Below, in pieces: positions 49,887 through 60,078 of a stretch of 64,000 nucleotides of DNA. The first letter of the stretch is position 1. Every line of letters begins with the position of its first letter. The stretch comes from Candidatus Marinacidobacterales bacterium. Lineage in GTDB: Bacteria > Acidobacteriota > Vicinamibacteria > Marinacidobacterales > SMYC01. Under the pieces are notes generated by a model that searched no databases, was not told where the DNA came from, and was given only the letters and a program-made list of their open reading frames with translations. Where the stretch lies: assembly GCA_965224085.1 (NCBI GenBank), contig CBDCYI010000005.1, positions 416,001 to 480,000 of the forward strand, written 5' to 3'. The translations under genes and the position numbers were made by a program.

Positions 49887-49960
49887 ATTCCCATTGCGGC
49901 GGCGCGGATCGATGGGACGCTCCGCGTCGCCGATACGTCGGTCATGCATGACGTGCCTTC

Positions 49961-50545
49961 TCAAGGCTGAACGTTGATGAGAAAGTCCGCCTCGAGCACT
50001 GCGGAGCTTGTGCCGAGCTCGATATTCTGGAGACTCAACGTGTCGAGGCTCACGCGCCCCGCCCCGAGCGTCGTGAGCTCGGCGAAGTAGCTCTCGATGT
50101 AAGTCTTCGCCCGGATCTTCATTTGCGGAGCGAGCTGGCGCTCGATGAGCTTCGAGAACACGTCGAAGAGCTTGTGCTCAGCTTCGAATCTCAGTTCGTC
50201 GAGAAAGAGCTCTCCGTTCCCATAACTCGGAACGCCGCTCACGACGATGTCGAAATTGTCTCCGGGCCCAACGCACTTGCTCGCCACTTCTTTACCCGCG
50301 CGTGCCGCGAAAAGAAATCGTATCTGGAGCCGCTCCCCGACCGCGCTGACCCTGGGCTCCTGGATGAACGCATAAGCGCATGTGTCCTCCGGACCTCCCT
50401 GGAGATAGCGCCGGCCACCTTCGGTCAAAAACGTCGTCGTGAGGATCCGTTCGACGGACGCGTAGGCCACGTCGAGCTTGGCCGCCGCGCCCGCCACTTG
50501 GGCGGGGACGAGAAAAAGTAGAAACACCGTTCTGAACGCTTTCAT
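49961..50545 (-). CDS. Exported hypothetical protein
   Basis: Signal peptide, two cysteines and an uninterrupted ORF. Confidence 0.65.
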   Translation of the reverse strand: MKAFRTVFLLFLVPAQVAGAAAKLDVAYASVERILTTTFLTEGGRRYLQGGPEDTCAYAFIQEPRVSAVGERLQIRFLFAARAGKEVASKCVGPGDNFDIVVSGVPSYGNGELFLDELRFEAEHKLFDVFSKLIERQLAPQMKIRAKTYIESYFAELTTLGAGRVSLDTLSLQNIELGTSSAVLEADFLINVQP

Positions 50546-50743
50546 TCTGCCACCGTTCCTTACTGGATGCGGCGTGCATCATACCAATGAGCGAACGCAA
50601 ATCGTTACCTGTCCTCTTGCTTACCCCGCCGCCTGGAACGTATCGCAAAGTATCGCCTCCAGACGAGCAAATCGGCGAGGACGTTCGGCACGAAGTTTTT
50701 CGTCATAGCTCAGACCTGAACGGTCACCTCGAGCGAGAGCGCG

Positions 50744-52339
50744 TTAGGGCTCGACAGCCCGAAAACGGACGCGCTCGCCCGGTAGAAGCTGCGCGAGCTT
50801 CGCGACGTCTTCGCCGACCACAGTGGCGATCTTCGGATAGCCGCCCGTCGTGGCGTGGTCGGCCAGCATCACGATGGGAAGGCCGTTCGGGGGCACTTGG
50901 ACGGCGCCCAGCATCATCCCGTCGGAAATGATCTCCCGAGCGTCTTTGTGCTCGAGCGCCGGCCCTTCCAACCGATAGCCCATGCGGTCCGAGAGGGGCC
51001 CAACCATGTACACCGATGTCACGAGCGTCGTGCGTCCTTCGTCGGTGAAATAGTTGTCTTGCGGACCCCAGACGATGCGGAGCGTGACGTCGCCTTCGCT
51101 CGTCTCGGGCTGCCCATGCAAGGACGAGACACGGCCAACGGCGATTTCTTTGGATTCCAAAAGCGTTAGGCCATCGCCCGCTTGGAGCGCGCGGCCTTCA
51201 AAGCCGCCCATCTCGGCAATTACGTAGGTGGAGCGCGAGCCGAGAACGGGTGGAACGTCGATCCCGCCCGCGAACGCAACGTAGGCGCGCGCACCCGAGC
51301 GCCGGCCTTCGAACGTCAAGACGTTGCCTGGACGGAGCCGAAACGAGCTCCAGGGCGGCACGCGCCAACGGCCGAGGTCGCGGCGTTCGACGACCGCGAC
51401 CAAGTCGGCGCCCGTCACCGAAGCGATCGTCGTTCTGAGGCAACGGAGCCTCGGCCCGCTCACGGTGCATTCGAGTGCGGCCGCCCCTAGCTCGTTCCCC
51501 ACGAGCCGATTCGCCGCGCGAAGCGCGGGAGCGTCGACCGCACCCGCGACCGGGACACCGTAGCGCTGGTAGCCGATGCGGCCGAGGTCCTGCACCGTCG
51601 TTAAGAGGCCACCGTCTTCAACCGTAAGACTCGGGCTCGTCGTCGGCACTTTCGGATTCGGGGCCGATGGGGGCTCGTATGCCGGAAGCCTTTTAACAGG
51701 CACGAAGCGAACGCGGTCGCCCGGAAGAAAGCGGCTCGGAGGATCAGAAGCGATGTCGAACATCGTTCGGTGCTCCGCCCGGCCGAGAAGATGCCATCCG
51801 CCTGGCGTCGACTGCGGATAGATGCCCGTTTGTCCCATCGCGGTCGCCACCGCGCCCGCTGGCACGCGCGTGCGCGGCGAGCTGCGGCGTCCGAGCGCGA
51901 GCTTCTCGTCCGTCATTCCCATATAGGCGAAGCCAGGCGTGAACCCGACGACGTAGACGAGGTACTCCGTCCCACTGTGAAGCCGTATGACGTTGTTCTT
52001 CGTGACGCCGGCGAGCCGCGCGACGTCATCGAGATCCTCTCCGTCGTAAACAGTGGGAACTTCGTGCGATCGCGTCGGCGGTCGCGTAGTCGAGGCCTCG
52101 AGTTTCTTCGCTAGGTTTTGGACGTGCGCCCTTATGCCTTCGAAGCTCGCCGTCGGCGGCTCGTAGAACACGAGCAACGAGCGGTAGGTCGGTATGGCCT
52201 CGATGTAGCCATCGAAGGGCGCGTCGAGAATCGCTTGGTCGAGCGCGCGGACATATTCGTTCAAGTCGGGGTCGATGGCGTTTCCGAGCTCGATCACAAC
52301 GGCAGCGTCACCGGCCCGAAGAAAACGAAGCTCGCTCAT
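50744..52339 (-). CDS. pxpBC: 5-oxoprolinase PxpB-PxpC fusion
   Basis: GFTPGFAY and TPGGW (PxpB); TTVQDLGR, SDRMGYRL and TTGGYPKI (PxpC). Confidence 0.9.
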   Translation of the reverse strand: MSELRFLRAGDAAVVIELGNAIDPDLNEYVRALDQAILDAPFDGYIEAIPTYRSLLVFYEPPTASFEGIRAHVQNLAKKLEASTTRPPTRSHEVPTVYDGEDLDDVARLAGVTKNNVIRLHSGTEYLVYVVGFTPGFAYMGMTDEKLALGRRSSPRTRVPAGAVATAMGQTGIYPQSTPGGWHLLGRAEHRTMFDIASDPPSRFLPGDRVRFVPVKRLPAYEPPSAPNPKVPTTSPSLTVEDGGLLTTVQDLGRIGYQRYGVPVAGAVDAPALRAANRLVGNELGAAALECTVSGPRLRCLRTTIASVTGADLVAVVERRDLGRWRVPPWSSFRLRPGNVLTFEGRRSGARAYVAFAGGIDVPPVLGSRSTYVIAEMGGFEGRALQAGDGLTLLESKEIAVGRVSSLHGQPETSEGDVTLRIVWGPQDNYFTDEGRTTLVTSVYMVGPLSDRMGYRLEGPALEHKDAREIISDGMMLGAVQVPPNGLPIVMLADHATTGGYPKIATVVGEDVAKLAQLLPGERVRFRAVEP

Positions 52340-52396
52340 CCCCTCACCGACTTAGTGTCCTGTACAAGTGAATTCGCACTGGGGAGACGCGCAACA

Positions 52397-53158
52397 TCAC
52401 CCGACAGAGCGGACGTCGACGCCGCTCTTCCTAAGAGCGCGCCGCACGATCCTCGCATTATCGAGCGCGGCTGGGTTGTCGCCGTGAAGGCAAAGCGTCT
52501 CCGCGTCGAGCGGCACCACCGTGCCGTCGTGCGCGGTGACTTGCTTTTCCGCTGCAATCGACACGGCTTGAGCGGCGGCCTGTTCGGGATCGGTGATGAC
52601 GGAGCCTTCGATCTTTCGCGATTGCAGCGTCCCGTCCGGGTTGTAGACGCGGTCGGCAAAGGCTTCGCCTGCATAGCGGAGCCCATTCGACTCGGCCGCC
52701 GCGCGCATCACCGCAGACCCCGCGAGGCCGACGAAGATGAGGTCACGGCTTACGCGCGCCACGCCGCGCGTGATAGCACCGGAGAGCTCTTCGTTGGCCA
52801 CGGCTTGGTTATAGAGCGCGCCGTGCGGTTTGACGTGGACGAGCGGCACGCCGTGCGCTTTCGCGAAGGCAAGAACGGCTCCCACTTGATAGACGATATC
52901 GGATTCCACGTCATCCGGGCTCGCATCCACGTTCCGCCGCCCAAACCCTCGGAGGTCGTGGTGGCTCGGATGAGCGCCCACGGCGACGCCGTGTTTCACG
53001 GCGAGACCGACGGTGCGGTCGATGATGCTCGGGTCGCCCGCGTGAAAGCCGCAGGCCACGTTGGCCGACGTTACGAGGTCGAGCATCGCGTCGTCATCGG
53101 CGCCGATGCGGTAGATGCCGAAGCTCTCCCCCATATCGCAGTTCAGATCGATGTGCAT
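52397..53158 (-). CDS. pxpA: 5-oxoprolinase subunit A (LamB/YcsF)
   Basis: IDLNCDMGES, NVACGFHAGD, HVKPHGALYN and LCLHGD motifs. Confidence 0.93.
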   Translation of the reverse strand: MHIDLNCDMGESFGIYRIGADDDAMLDLVTSANVACGFHAGDPSIIDRTVGLAVKHGVAVGAHPSHHDLRGFGRRNVDASPDDVESDIVYQVGAVLAFAKAHGVPLVHVKPHGALYNQAVANEELSGAITRGVARVSRDLIFVGLAGSAVMRAAAESNGLRYAGEAFADRVYNPDGTLQSRKIEGSVITDPEQAAAQAVSIAAEKQVTAHDGTVVPLDAETLCLHGDNPAALDNARIVRRALRKSGVDVRSVG

Positions 53159-53339
53159 GCCAGCGATTGTATCCCTTCGCTTTCGCGCGCCGAAAGCGCT
53201 AAAATTGCTCTCCCATGGGTAAAGGCGATCGAAGAACCAAGCGCGGCAAGATCTTCCAAAGCAGCAACGGCAAGACCCGGCCCAAGCCGAAGAAGAAGAA
53301 AAAGACCTCCGCCGCACCGACCACTGGGAAAAAAGAAGG

Positions 53340-54482
53340 CTAGCAGGCGGCTGTTTTCTCTTCGATCAGCCGGTCGAGCTCCTCTTTGAGCCGAGGCAGA
53401 ATCTCCTCATAGGAGAACGCGCCGAGGCCGTCCCCTCCTTTTTTCAAGTTCACGTATTGCGGAGCGCACCAGAGGCCCAGATCGGCGTCGTCGGTCTCGC
53501 CCGGCCCGTTCACCCGACAGCCCATCACCGCGATCGTGATCGCGTGGTCCTTCGCATAGCGCGTCATCTCCTGCACTTTTTGCGCGAGCTCGACGAATTG
53601 CTCGTTCTCGACCCGAGAGCAGGACGGGCAAGAAATAATGTTGAGCTCGTTGCTCAACGTCTTGGGCACCGAGCGAAACCGGCCGGAAGCGATGTCGTCG
53701 AGGATTTGATGCCCCACCTCGACCTCTTCGTGTTTCGTCGCGTTCGGCAGCGTGAGCGAGACGCGGATCGTGTCGCCGATGCCTTGCGTCAAGAGCTGCT
53801 CGAAAGCGATACGGGTTTTGATGATGCCGTCCGGCGGTAGACCGGCCTCGGTGACCCCAAGATGAAGCGGCACGTCCGGACGCTCTGCCGCAAAGCGCTG
53901 ATTGCCTTCGATGACTTTGGCCGGGTCGGAATCCTTGAGGGAGACGCAGTAGCGCGTGAAGCCAAGAGCGTCGAGCATTTCAGCGTGCTCGAGCGCCGAA
54001 GCCACCATCGCGCCCACCGAGTCTTCGCTAAATTCATCGGCGCGCGCCGGGTCGATCGAGCCGCAGTTGACGCCAACCCGCATCGCGCAGTCGAAAGCAC
54101 CCGCGATGTCCACGAGAAAGGCTACTTTGTCGCGAGCGGGTTTTTCGCGCTCGTGATGATAGAGATGGCCCGGGTTGTAGCGGATCTTGTCGACGTGGGG
54201 CGCCACCTTCTCGGCGAGACGGTAGCTTTCCTGAAGATCGACAGAGAGGTTCGCGGTCGTGCGCTCGCGGATGGCCGCGACGGCTTCCGCGTCCTTCGCG
54301 CTGTCGACGGCGATACGAACCACGCCAGCCCCAGCCCGGCGAAGCTGCTCCGCCTGCTCGACGGTAGCGACGACGTCCTGGGTCTTGGTCGCGCACATGC
54401 TTTGCACGACCACCGGCGATCCGTTACCGATCGTGACGCTTCCTATTGCGACGCTTCGCGTCGGGCTCCTCCGTAAGGTCAT
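53340..54482 (-). CDS. ispG: HMBPP synthase
   Basis: [42 protein letters not shown] and [10 protein letters not shown] motifs. Confidence 0.95.
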   Translation of the reverse strand: MTLRRSPTRSVAIGSVTIGNGSPVVVQSMCATKTQDVVATVEQAEQLRRAGAGVVRIAVDSAKDAEAVAAIRERTTANLSVDLQESYRLAEKVAPHVDKIRYNPGHLYHHEREKPARDKVAFLVDIAGAFDCAMRVGVNCGSIDPARADEFSEDSVGAMVASALEHAEMLDALGFTRYCVSLKDSDPAKVIEGNQRFAAERPDVPLHLGVTEAGLPPDGIIKTRIAFEQLLTQGIGDTIRVSLTLPNATKHEEVEVGHQILDDIASGRFRSVPKTLSNELNIISCPSCSRVENEQFVELAQKVQEMTRYAKDHAITIAVMGCRVNGPGETDDADLGLWCAPQYVNLKKGGDGLGAFSYEEILPRLKEELDRLIEEKTAAC

Positions 54483-54598
54483 CTTCCTTATTGTAGTGTT
54501 CCCGGCTCCCCTAGCACCATAGATCGACCGTAGGCTTGCCGATTTCGGACTTTACTAAGAGGCTCTACTCGGCATAGCATGAGAGCAGAGGAGCATCC

Positions 54599-54931
54599 AT
54601 GGAGAAGCGTTCTGAGTCTCGTCTCAGGCCGGACGGCGCCATCAAATGTATGGTGGAGTGGGAAAAAGGCCGGGAAGAGGGCCAAATTCACAATATCTCC
54701 CCCAGAGGCGCACTTCTCGAATCGAGCAGCGATTTCGGCATCAACCGCGTCAAGCTGATCCTCGACCTTGAAACGCTCGACGAACCACTCACGCTCGAAG
54801 CCTCCATCCGCTGGCACGCCGTCTCACCCGAGGACGAGACCGACCATTACGGCCTCGTGTTCCGCAACCTCGAGGAGGAGACTCAGGAAAAGCTCTACCG
54901 CGCCATCGACGCTCTCGCCGCCACGAGCTGA
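54599..54931 (+). CDS. PilZ domain protein
   Basis: RxxxR (RSESR) and NISPRG motifs. Confidence 0.75.
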   Translation: MEKRSESRLRPDGAIKCMVEWEKGREEGQIHNISPRGALLESSSDFGINRVKLILDLETLDEPLTLEASIRWHAVSPEDETDHYGLVFRNLEEETQEKLYRAIDALAATS

Positions 54932-54981
54932 CGGACGCTCCACGAGGCGCGCCGCGCAGTAAGAAATCAGGAGACCCTCGA

Positions 54982-56085
54982 ATGAAGCTAGTACCTTTCG
55001 TCATGGAGCGCACCCAATCCGTCTGGGAGAACCAGGTCGAGCTCAACATCTCGGAAAGCGGCGTCACCCCGCTCACGCTCGGGGAACTTCTCGATGGCGC
55101 GTCTGTCGACGACACGAAGCTCCTCTACCCCCAGACCAATGGCACTTCGGAGCTGCGTGACGCGATCAGCGATCTCTATCCCGGCTCGGGCGCCGAGAAT
55201 GTTCTCGCAACGAACGGCACGGCTGAGGCGAACTACATCTCGGTTTTGAGCACTCTCGAGCCCGGCGACGAGGCGATCGTCATGACCCCGAACTACATGC
55301 AAGTGGCAGGCATCGCGCGATCGATGGGCGCGCGTGTTACGCCGCTCCCTCTGCACGAAGAGCTCGGCTGGACGATCGACCCCGATGAGCTTCAAAAAAT
55401 GGTCACCGCCAAGACAAAGCTCATTGCCGTATGCAATCCCAACAACCCCACAGGTGCGGTAATGAGCGAGAACGCAATGCGAGACGTCGCGAAAATCGCG
55501 GGAAGCGTCGGTGCTTGGATCCTCTCCGATGAGGTCTATCTCGGCGCCGAGATCGACGGCAAGCCCTCCGCGACCTATTGGGGCTGGTACGACAAGCTCA
55601 TGGTGACCGCGGGCCTCTCTAAGGCCTATGGGCTTCCAGGCTTGCGCATGGGCTGGGTGGTCACCGACAAGGATCACGCGGACCACCTGTGGTCCTATAA
55701 GGATTACACGACGATTGCGCCTTCTGCGCTCTCGGATCGCCTGGCGACCCACGCACTCGAGCCGGCACGCCGGACCAAGATCCTAGAGCGGACGCGCGCG
55801 ATCTTGAACGACCAGCTGCCGGTTCTCACAGCCTTCGTCGAGCGGCACGGCAACCATATGTCCTGGGTGAAGCCGAAAGCTGGCGCCATCGCCTTCATCC
55901 GCTATAGCTGGGATATCAACTCCACGAGGTTGATGGAGCGCCTCCGCGACGAGAAAGGCGTGTTCATCGTGCCGGGGGATCACTTCGAGATGGACCACTA
56001 CATGCGTCTCGGCTACGGGTACAAAAAAGAAGAGCTCGAGAACGCGCTTACGCGCTGCTCCGAGTTTCTCGAGGGCCTCGACTGA
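54982..56085 (+). CDS. Class I/II PLP aminotransferase
   Basis: CNPNNPTG, SDEVY and LSKAYGLPGLRMGW motifs. Confidence 0.92.
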   Translation: MKLVPFVMERTQSVWENQVELNISESGVTPLTLGELLDGASVDDTKLLYPQTNGTSELRDAISDLYPGSGAENVLATNGTAEANYISVLSTLEPGDEAIVMTPNYMQVAGIARSMGARVTPLPLHEELGWTIDPDELQKMVTAKTKLIAVCNPNNPTGAVMSENAMRDVAKIAGSVGAWILSDEVYLGAEIDGKPSATYWGWYDKLMVTAGLSKAYGLPGLRMGWVVTDKDHADHLWSYKDYTTIAPSALSDRLATHALEPARRTKILERTRAILNDQLPVLTAFVERHGNHMSWVKPKAGAIAFIRYSWDINSTRLMERLRDEKGVFIVPGDHFEMDHYMRLGYGYKKEELENALTRCSEFLEGLD

Positions 56086-56270
56086 GACAAAGCGTGCGCA
56101 TCGAGGACGCGTCCTGGCTCCCCGATCGGCCTCTCGCCTGGTGGGTCCATTTCAACGCCGCTGGCCCCACGCGCGGCGGGCAAATGCCGGGGGCGCATGC
56201 AGGGCTATAGCGTGAACTACGTTTTCCGCTACGAGACCGCCACCCGTGCGGTCGAACTCGAACAGCACGG

Positions 56271-56645
56271 ATGGGTCACGTAGAATGGTTTCAAGGTGTT
56301 TTTCTCGAACGTCTCGCCGAACAGAAGATCCGGGCCGCCCTCGAGCGGGGCGAGCTCGACAATCTTCCGCTCTCCGGCAAGCCGCTCCGGCTCGACACTC
56401 CGGGCCTCGTGCCTGAAGATCTAAGACTCGCCTATAAACTCCTCAAAGACGCGGGGTTCCTGCCCCCCGAGATGCAGCTCCGGAAGGAGATCGCGACGCT
56501 CAAGGAGCTTCTCCAGGCGATCCATGAGGGAGGCGACGAGGAGCACTATCGCCTCGCCCGCGAGCTGAACGCCAAAGTACTCCGGCTGAACCTCCTGTTG
56601 AAGCGATCGTTCGACCGCGAGGACCGCCAGGTCTACGCGCGCAAG
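56271..56645 (+). CDS. DUF1992 (DnaJ-related) protein, 3' end broken
   Basis: LAEQKIRAALERGELDNLPLSGKPL and LLKDAGFLPPE. Confidence 0.75.
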
Positions 56646-56754
56646 CGGTCCGTGGCTTTGCGGCACCCGGCAAACGTCGACCTGCAGCAAGTGCGAGTCA
56701 CCGCTCACGCCGGGCGCGAAGTTCTGCTCGAGCCGCGGTACCGCAACTGGTTAG
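56646..56754 (+). pseudogene. Zinc-ribbon C-terminal fragment of an unrelated gene
   Basis: The alternate frame reads TCSKCESPLTPGAKFCSSRGT*. Confidence 0.5.
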
Positions 56755-58034
56755 CTGCGGTCGGCCATCGGGATGAAGTCGCGCTTGTCACTTCCCAGGT
56801 AGAGCTGCTGCGGGCGCGCGATCTTCTGATCGGAGTCGGTAATCATCTCCACCCACTGCGCGACCCATCCGGAAGTGCGCGGGATCGCGAAGAGCACGGG
56901 GAACATGCTCACCGGAAAGCGCATGGCTTCGTAGATGATGCCCGAATAGAAGTCGACGTTCGGGTAGAGCTTCCGCTTTGCGAAGTAGTCTTCTTGTAGC
57001 GCGATGCGCTCGAGCTCGAGGGCGATGTCGATCAAGGGGTTCTTCCCCGTCACCTCGAAGACATCGTGCGCGGTCTTCTTGATGATCGTGGCGCGCGGGT
57101 CATAGCTCTTGTACACGCGATGGCCGAAGCCCATCAAACGCACTTCCCCATCTTTGACCCGCTTGATGAAGCTCGGGACGTTGTCCTTCGAGCCGATCTC
57201 GTTGAGCATGCGCAAAACGGCTTCGTTGGCGCCGCCGTGGAGCGGGCCGTAGAGTGCCGCTGCCGCCGCCGCGGTCGAGCAATAAGGGTCTGCTTCCGAG
57301 CTTCCCACAGCCCGCATCGCATTCGCGGAGCAGTTCTGCTCGTGATCCGCATGCAAGATGAAGAGCTGGTCGAGCGCTTTTTCGAGTACGGGATCCGGCG
57401 TGTAGCTATTCGACATGCAGAACATCATTTTGAGGAAGTTGCCCGCGTAGGAGAGATCATTGTCCGGATAATTGAAACGCATCCCGATCGTGTGCCGGTA
57501 GGCGAACGCCGCGAGCGTGGGGACTTTCGCGATGAGCCGATAGGTCTGGAGCTGCCGCGATTCCGGATCGTGAACTTTCTTGGCGTCCGCGTAGAACGTG
57601 GAGAGCGCGCTCACCATGCTGACGAACATCCCCATCGGATGCGCGTCGTAGCGAAAGCCTTCGATGACCCGTTTGATGTATTCGTGGATGATCGAATGAT
57701 GCGTGATCTCGTGATCGAAGGCGTCGAGCTGCGACTGCGTCGGCAGCTCGCCATTCAAGATGAGATAAGCCACTTCGATGTAGCTCGACTTTTCTGCGAG
57801 CTGCTCGATGGGGTAGCCGCGGTAGCGCAGAATCCCCTTTTCACCGTCGATATAGGTGATGCGGCTCTTACAAGAGGCCGTGTTCTTGAAGGCGGGATCA
57901 TAGGTTTTGAGACCGTAGTCGTCGTCGCCGACGCGGATCTGCCTCAGGTCCATGGCGCGGACGGCCCCGTCCTCGATCGAGATCTCGTACGTTTTGCCGG
58001 TCCGGTTGTCGGTGATGCTGAGCGTGTCGCCCAT
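56751..58034 (-). CDS. gltA: Citrate synthase
   Basis: ITYIDGEKGILRYRG, HADHEQN, GPLHGGAN, MGFGHRVY and YPNVDFYSG motifs. Confidence 0.96.
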   Translation of the reverse strand: MGDTLSITDNRTGKTYEISIEDGAVRAMDLRQIRVGDDDYGLKTYDPAFKNTASCKSRITYIDGEKGILRYRGYPIEQLAEKSSYIEVAYLILNGELPTQSQLDAFDHEITHHSIIHEYIKRVIEGFRYDAHPMGMFVSMVSALSTFYADAKKVHDPESRQLQTYRLIAKVPTLAAFAYRHTIGMRFNYPDNDLSYAGNFLKMMFCMSNSYTPDPVLEKALDQLFILHADHEQNCSANAMRAVGSSEADPYCSTAAAAAALYGPLHGGANEAVLRMLNEIGSKDNVPSFIKRVKDGEVRLMGFGHRVYKSYDPRATIIKKTAHDVFEVTGKNPLIDIALELERIALQEDYFAKRKLYPNVDFYSGIIYEAMRFPVSMFPVLFAIPRTSGWVAQWVEMITDSDQKIARPQQLYLGSDKRDFIPMADRS

Positions 58035-58102
58035 GTTTTTTCTCTCCCTTTTTCGACGATGGCCTGAGCCGAACCTGTTATTGTACCGTTCTCGGTCACA
58101 CC

Positions 58103-58743
58103 ATGAAAGCCCGTGATAAGAGAGCTCCCACCGCTCAGGAGCTGATGGTGGCGACAGCGGCCCGCGAGATTCAGGACGGCGAGCTCGTCTTCGTCGGGAT
58201 GCGCTTGCCGCTTCTCGCGTTCATGCTCGCCCAGGCCACCCACGCGCGGAGCGCTGTAGGCTCTACGAGAACGGCGTGATCAGAGAACGCGCAGCGAGAG
58301 CACTTCTGTACACGATGAGCGACCCTCGTGGTCCTTCTCAAACACAGGCGGCGCCGGCTCGTCGAAAAAGTCCACTACGTCACGTCGCCGGGCTACGGGG
58401 ATGGCAGCGACTGGCGTGACGCGTCGGCCTCGTTCGCGGCGGGCCGTCCGCGGTCATCACGGATCTCGGCGTTGTTCGGTTCGACCCCGAGACGAAAGAA
58501 TCGGTGCTCGCCGAGGAGATCGTCGAGCCGGAAGTGATCCGGAGCGATCCGAACCGCACCGTCATCCCCAGCTTTCTCGTCACCGCCGTGGCCCACGTGC
58601 CGAACGGGTGTCACCCATCGCCATGCCCGGACTATTACGGCCGGGATCACGCATTCTTCGATGCGTATCACGAGAGGTCGCGCACGCGCGAAGGGTTCCT
58701 CGAATGGCTCGAGAGCTGGCTCGTCAGGAAAGAGACACTTTGA
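58103..58743 (+). pseudogene. Glutaconate CoA-transferase-like subunit B pieces joined to a subunit A C-terminus
   Basis: AAREIQDGELVFVG, YENG, VHYVTSPG and GPSAVITDLG, then EEIV..EVIRSDPNRTVIP and GCHPS; frameshifts and two deletions. Confidence 0.75.
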
Positions 58744-59302
58744 GCACGGCGCGACGACGCTCGAAATCGTCATCGTCCACCGCTGGCAGAACCCCTTCGA
58801 AATCGACGTCGAACGGGAGCGGCACGAAGAGCGCGTCGCCTTCGTTCTCTGAAACGTTTTTGAACTTGTACGTCCTCGGAAGCTGATACATGCGTAGCAC
58901 GACGGCGACCAACCCGGGCTCGCCGAGATGGAATCGTCGTGCCGCCTCGACGCCGGTCAAGGCGTGCTCGCGGTCGATCGCGGCGAGAGCGCCCACCGAT
59001 TGGATCGGGATCGTCTCGACGATCTCTGCGCAGTCGCGGATCCGCGTATGGCCCTCCTTGGGAGGTTTCAGCTCGTGACGCCAGCTCATCCAAGTATCCG
59101 GTTTGATCGCGTCCGGATCCTGGCCCGCGTAACTCGGAAAGATGACGAATTCCTGGTTTTTCGAATCCCAGGCCTTGTGGAGCATCACGATGGAGCCACC
59201 TTCATGAAGGTCGCGAGCGATCACGGACCAGGTTTTCACAGCCAGCTGGTCGGACACGTAGTCGTCGGTGGCCTCGGCCGAGGTCTCGGTATTTTCTGTC
59301 AC
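58724..59302 (-). CDS. DUF1802-like protein (divergent)
   Basis: AVKTWSVI and FVIFPSY resemble DUF1802 motifs. Confidence 0.55.
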   Translation of the reverse strand: MTENTETSAEATDDYVSDQLAVKTWSVIARDLHEGGSIVMLHKAWDSKNQEFVIFPSYAGQDPDAIKPDTWMSWRHELKPPKEGHTRIRDCAEIVETIPIQSVGALAAIDREHALTGVEAARRFHLGEPGLVAVVLRMYQLPRTYKFKNVSENEGDALFVPLPFDVDFEGVLPAVDDDDFERRRAVLKVSLS

Positions 59303-59349
59303 GACTTCGGATCTCCTAAGAATGCGTGAAGGACTATAGTAAGGCTAAC

Positions 59350-60078
59350 ATGACCCAAGAGCATCTATCCGAGAAAGTCACCCTCGTCACCGGCTCGACC
59401 CGCGGGATCGGGCGTGCCATCGCTTATGAGCTCGCGAGAGTGGGCGCCACCGTCGTCATCTCCGCTCGGCGCGAAAAAGACGTCGCCGAGACGGTGAGCC
59501 AGTTGCGATCCGAAGGTTTTCGGGCACTAGGCTCGGCCTGCGACGTGCGAAGCTACGAGGAAGTCGCTAGCTTGATGAATTTCATCGCCGACGAAGCTTC
59601 GGGGCTCGACGTTCTCATTAATAATGCGGGCGTTGGTCTGTTCGGACATATCTCCGAGCTCACTTCTGAGAGCTTCAACCAAGTCATCGAGACCAACTTG
59701 ACCGGGGTATTCAACTGCTCGCACGCGGCGATTCCTCACTTGAAAAAGCGCGGCGGCGGGGCCATCATCAATATCAGCAGCCTCGCCGGCAAGAACGCCT
59801 TCCGGGGCGGAACCGCCTATAACGCGTCCAAGTTCGGCCTCGAGGGTCTGAGCGAAGCGATGATGCTCGACCTCCGCTACGAAAATATCAAAGTCGCCTA
59901 CGTGATGCCCGGGAGCGTCGCGACCGACTTCGCCGGAAGAACGCCGGGAGACGGCGACGACTGGAGGCTCAGCTCGAAAGACGTCGCCGACGCCGTCATG
60001 GCTATCCTCGCGCAAGACCATCGAGCTCTCGCGAGCCGCATCGAGCTACGCCCCTTTCAACCGCCGCAGAAAAAGTAG
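59350..60078 (+). CDS. SDR family oxidoreductase
   Basis: TGSTRGIG, NNAG and YNASK motifs. Confidence 0.93.
   Translation: MTQEHLSEKVTLVTGSTRGIGRAIAYELARVGATVVISARREKDVAETVSQLRSEGFRALGSACDVRSYEEVASLMNFIADEASGLDVLINNAGVGLFGHISELTSESFNQVIETNLTGVFNCSHAAIPHLKKRGGGAIINISSLAGKNAFRGGTAYNASKFGLEGLSEAMMLDLRYENIKVAYVMPGSVATDFAGRTPGDGDDWRLSSKDVADAVMAILAQDHRALASRIELRPFQPPQKK

Noticed and set aside
50744-52339. PxpB-PxpC fusion as a novelty
   Set aside because: This fusion is already well known in many bacteria.
56271-56999. 242-aa DUF1992 ORF overlapping gltA as a true overlapping gene
   Set aside because: The extension comes from a chimeric junction near 56645 and antisense read-through.
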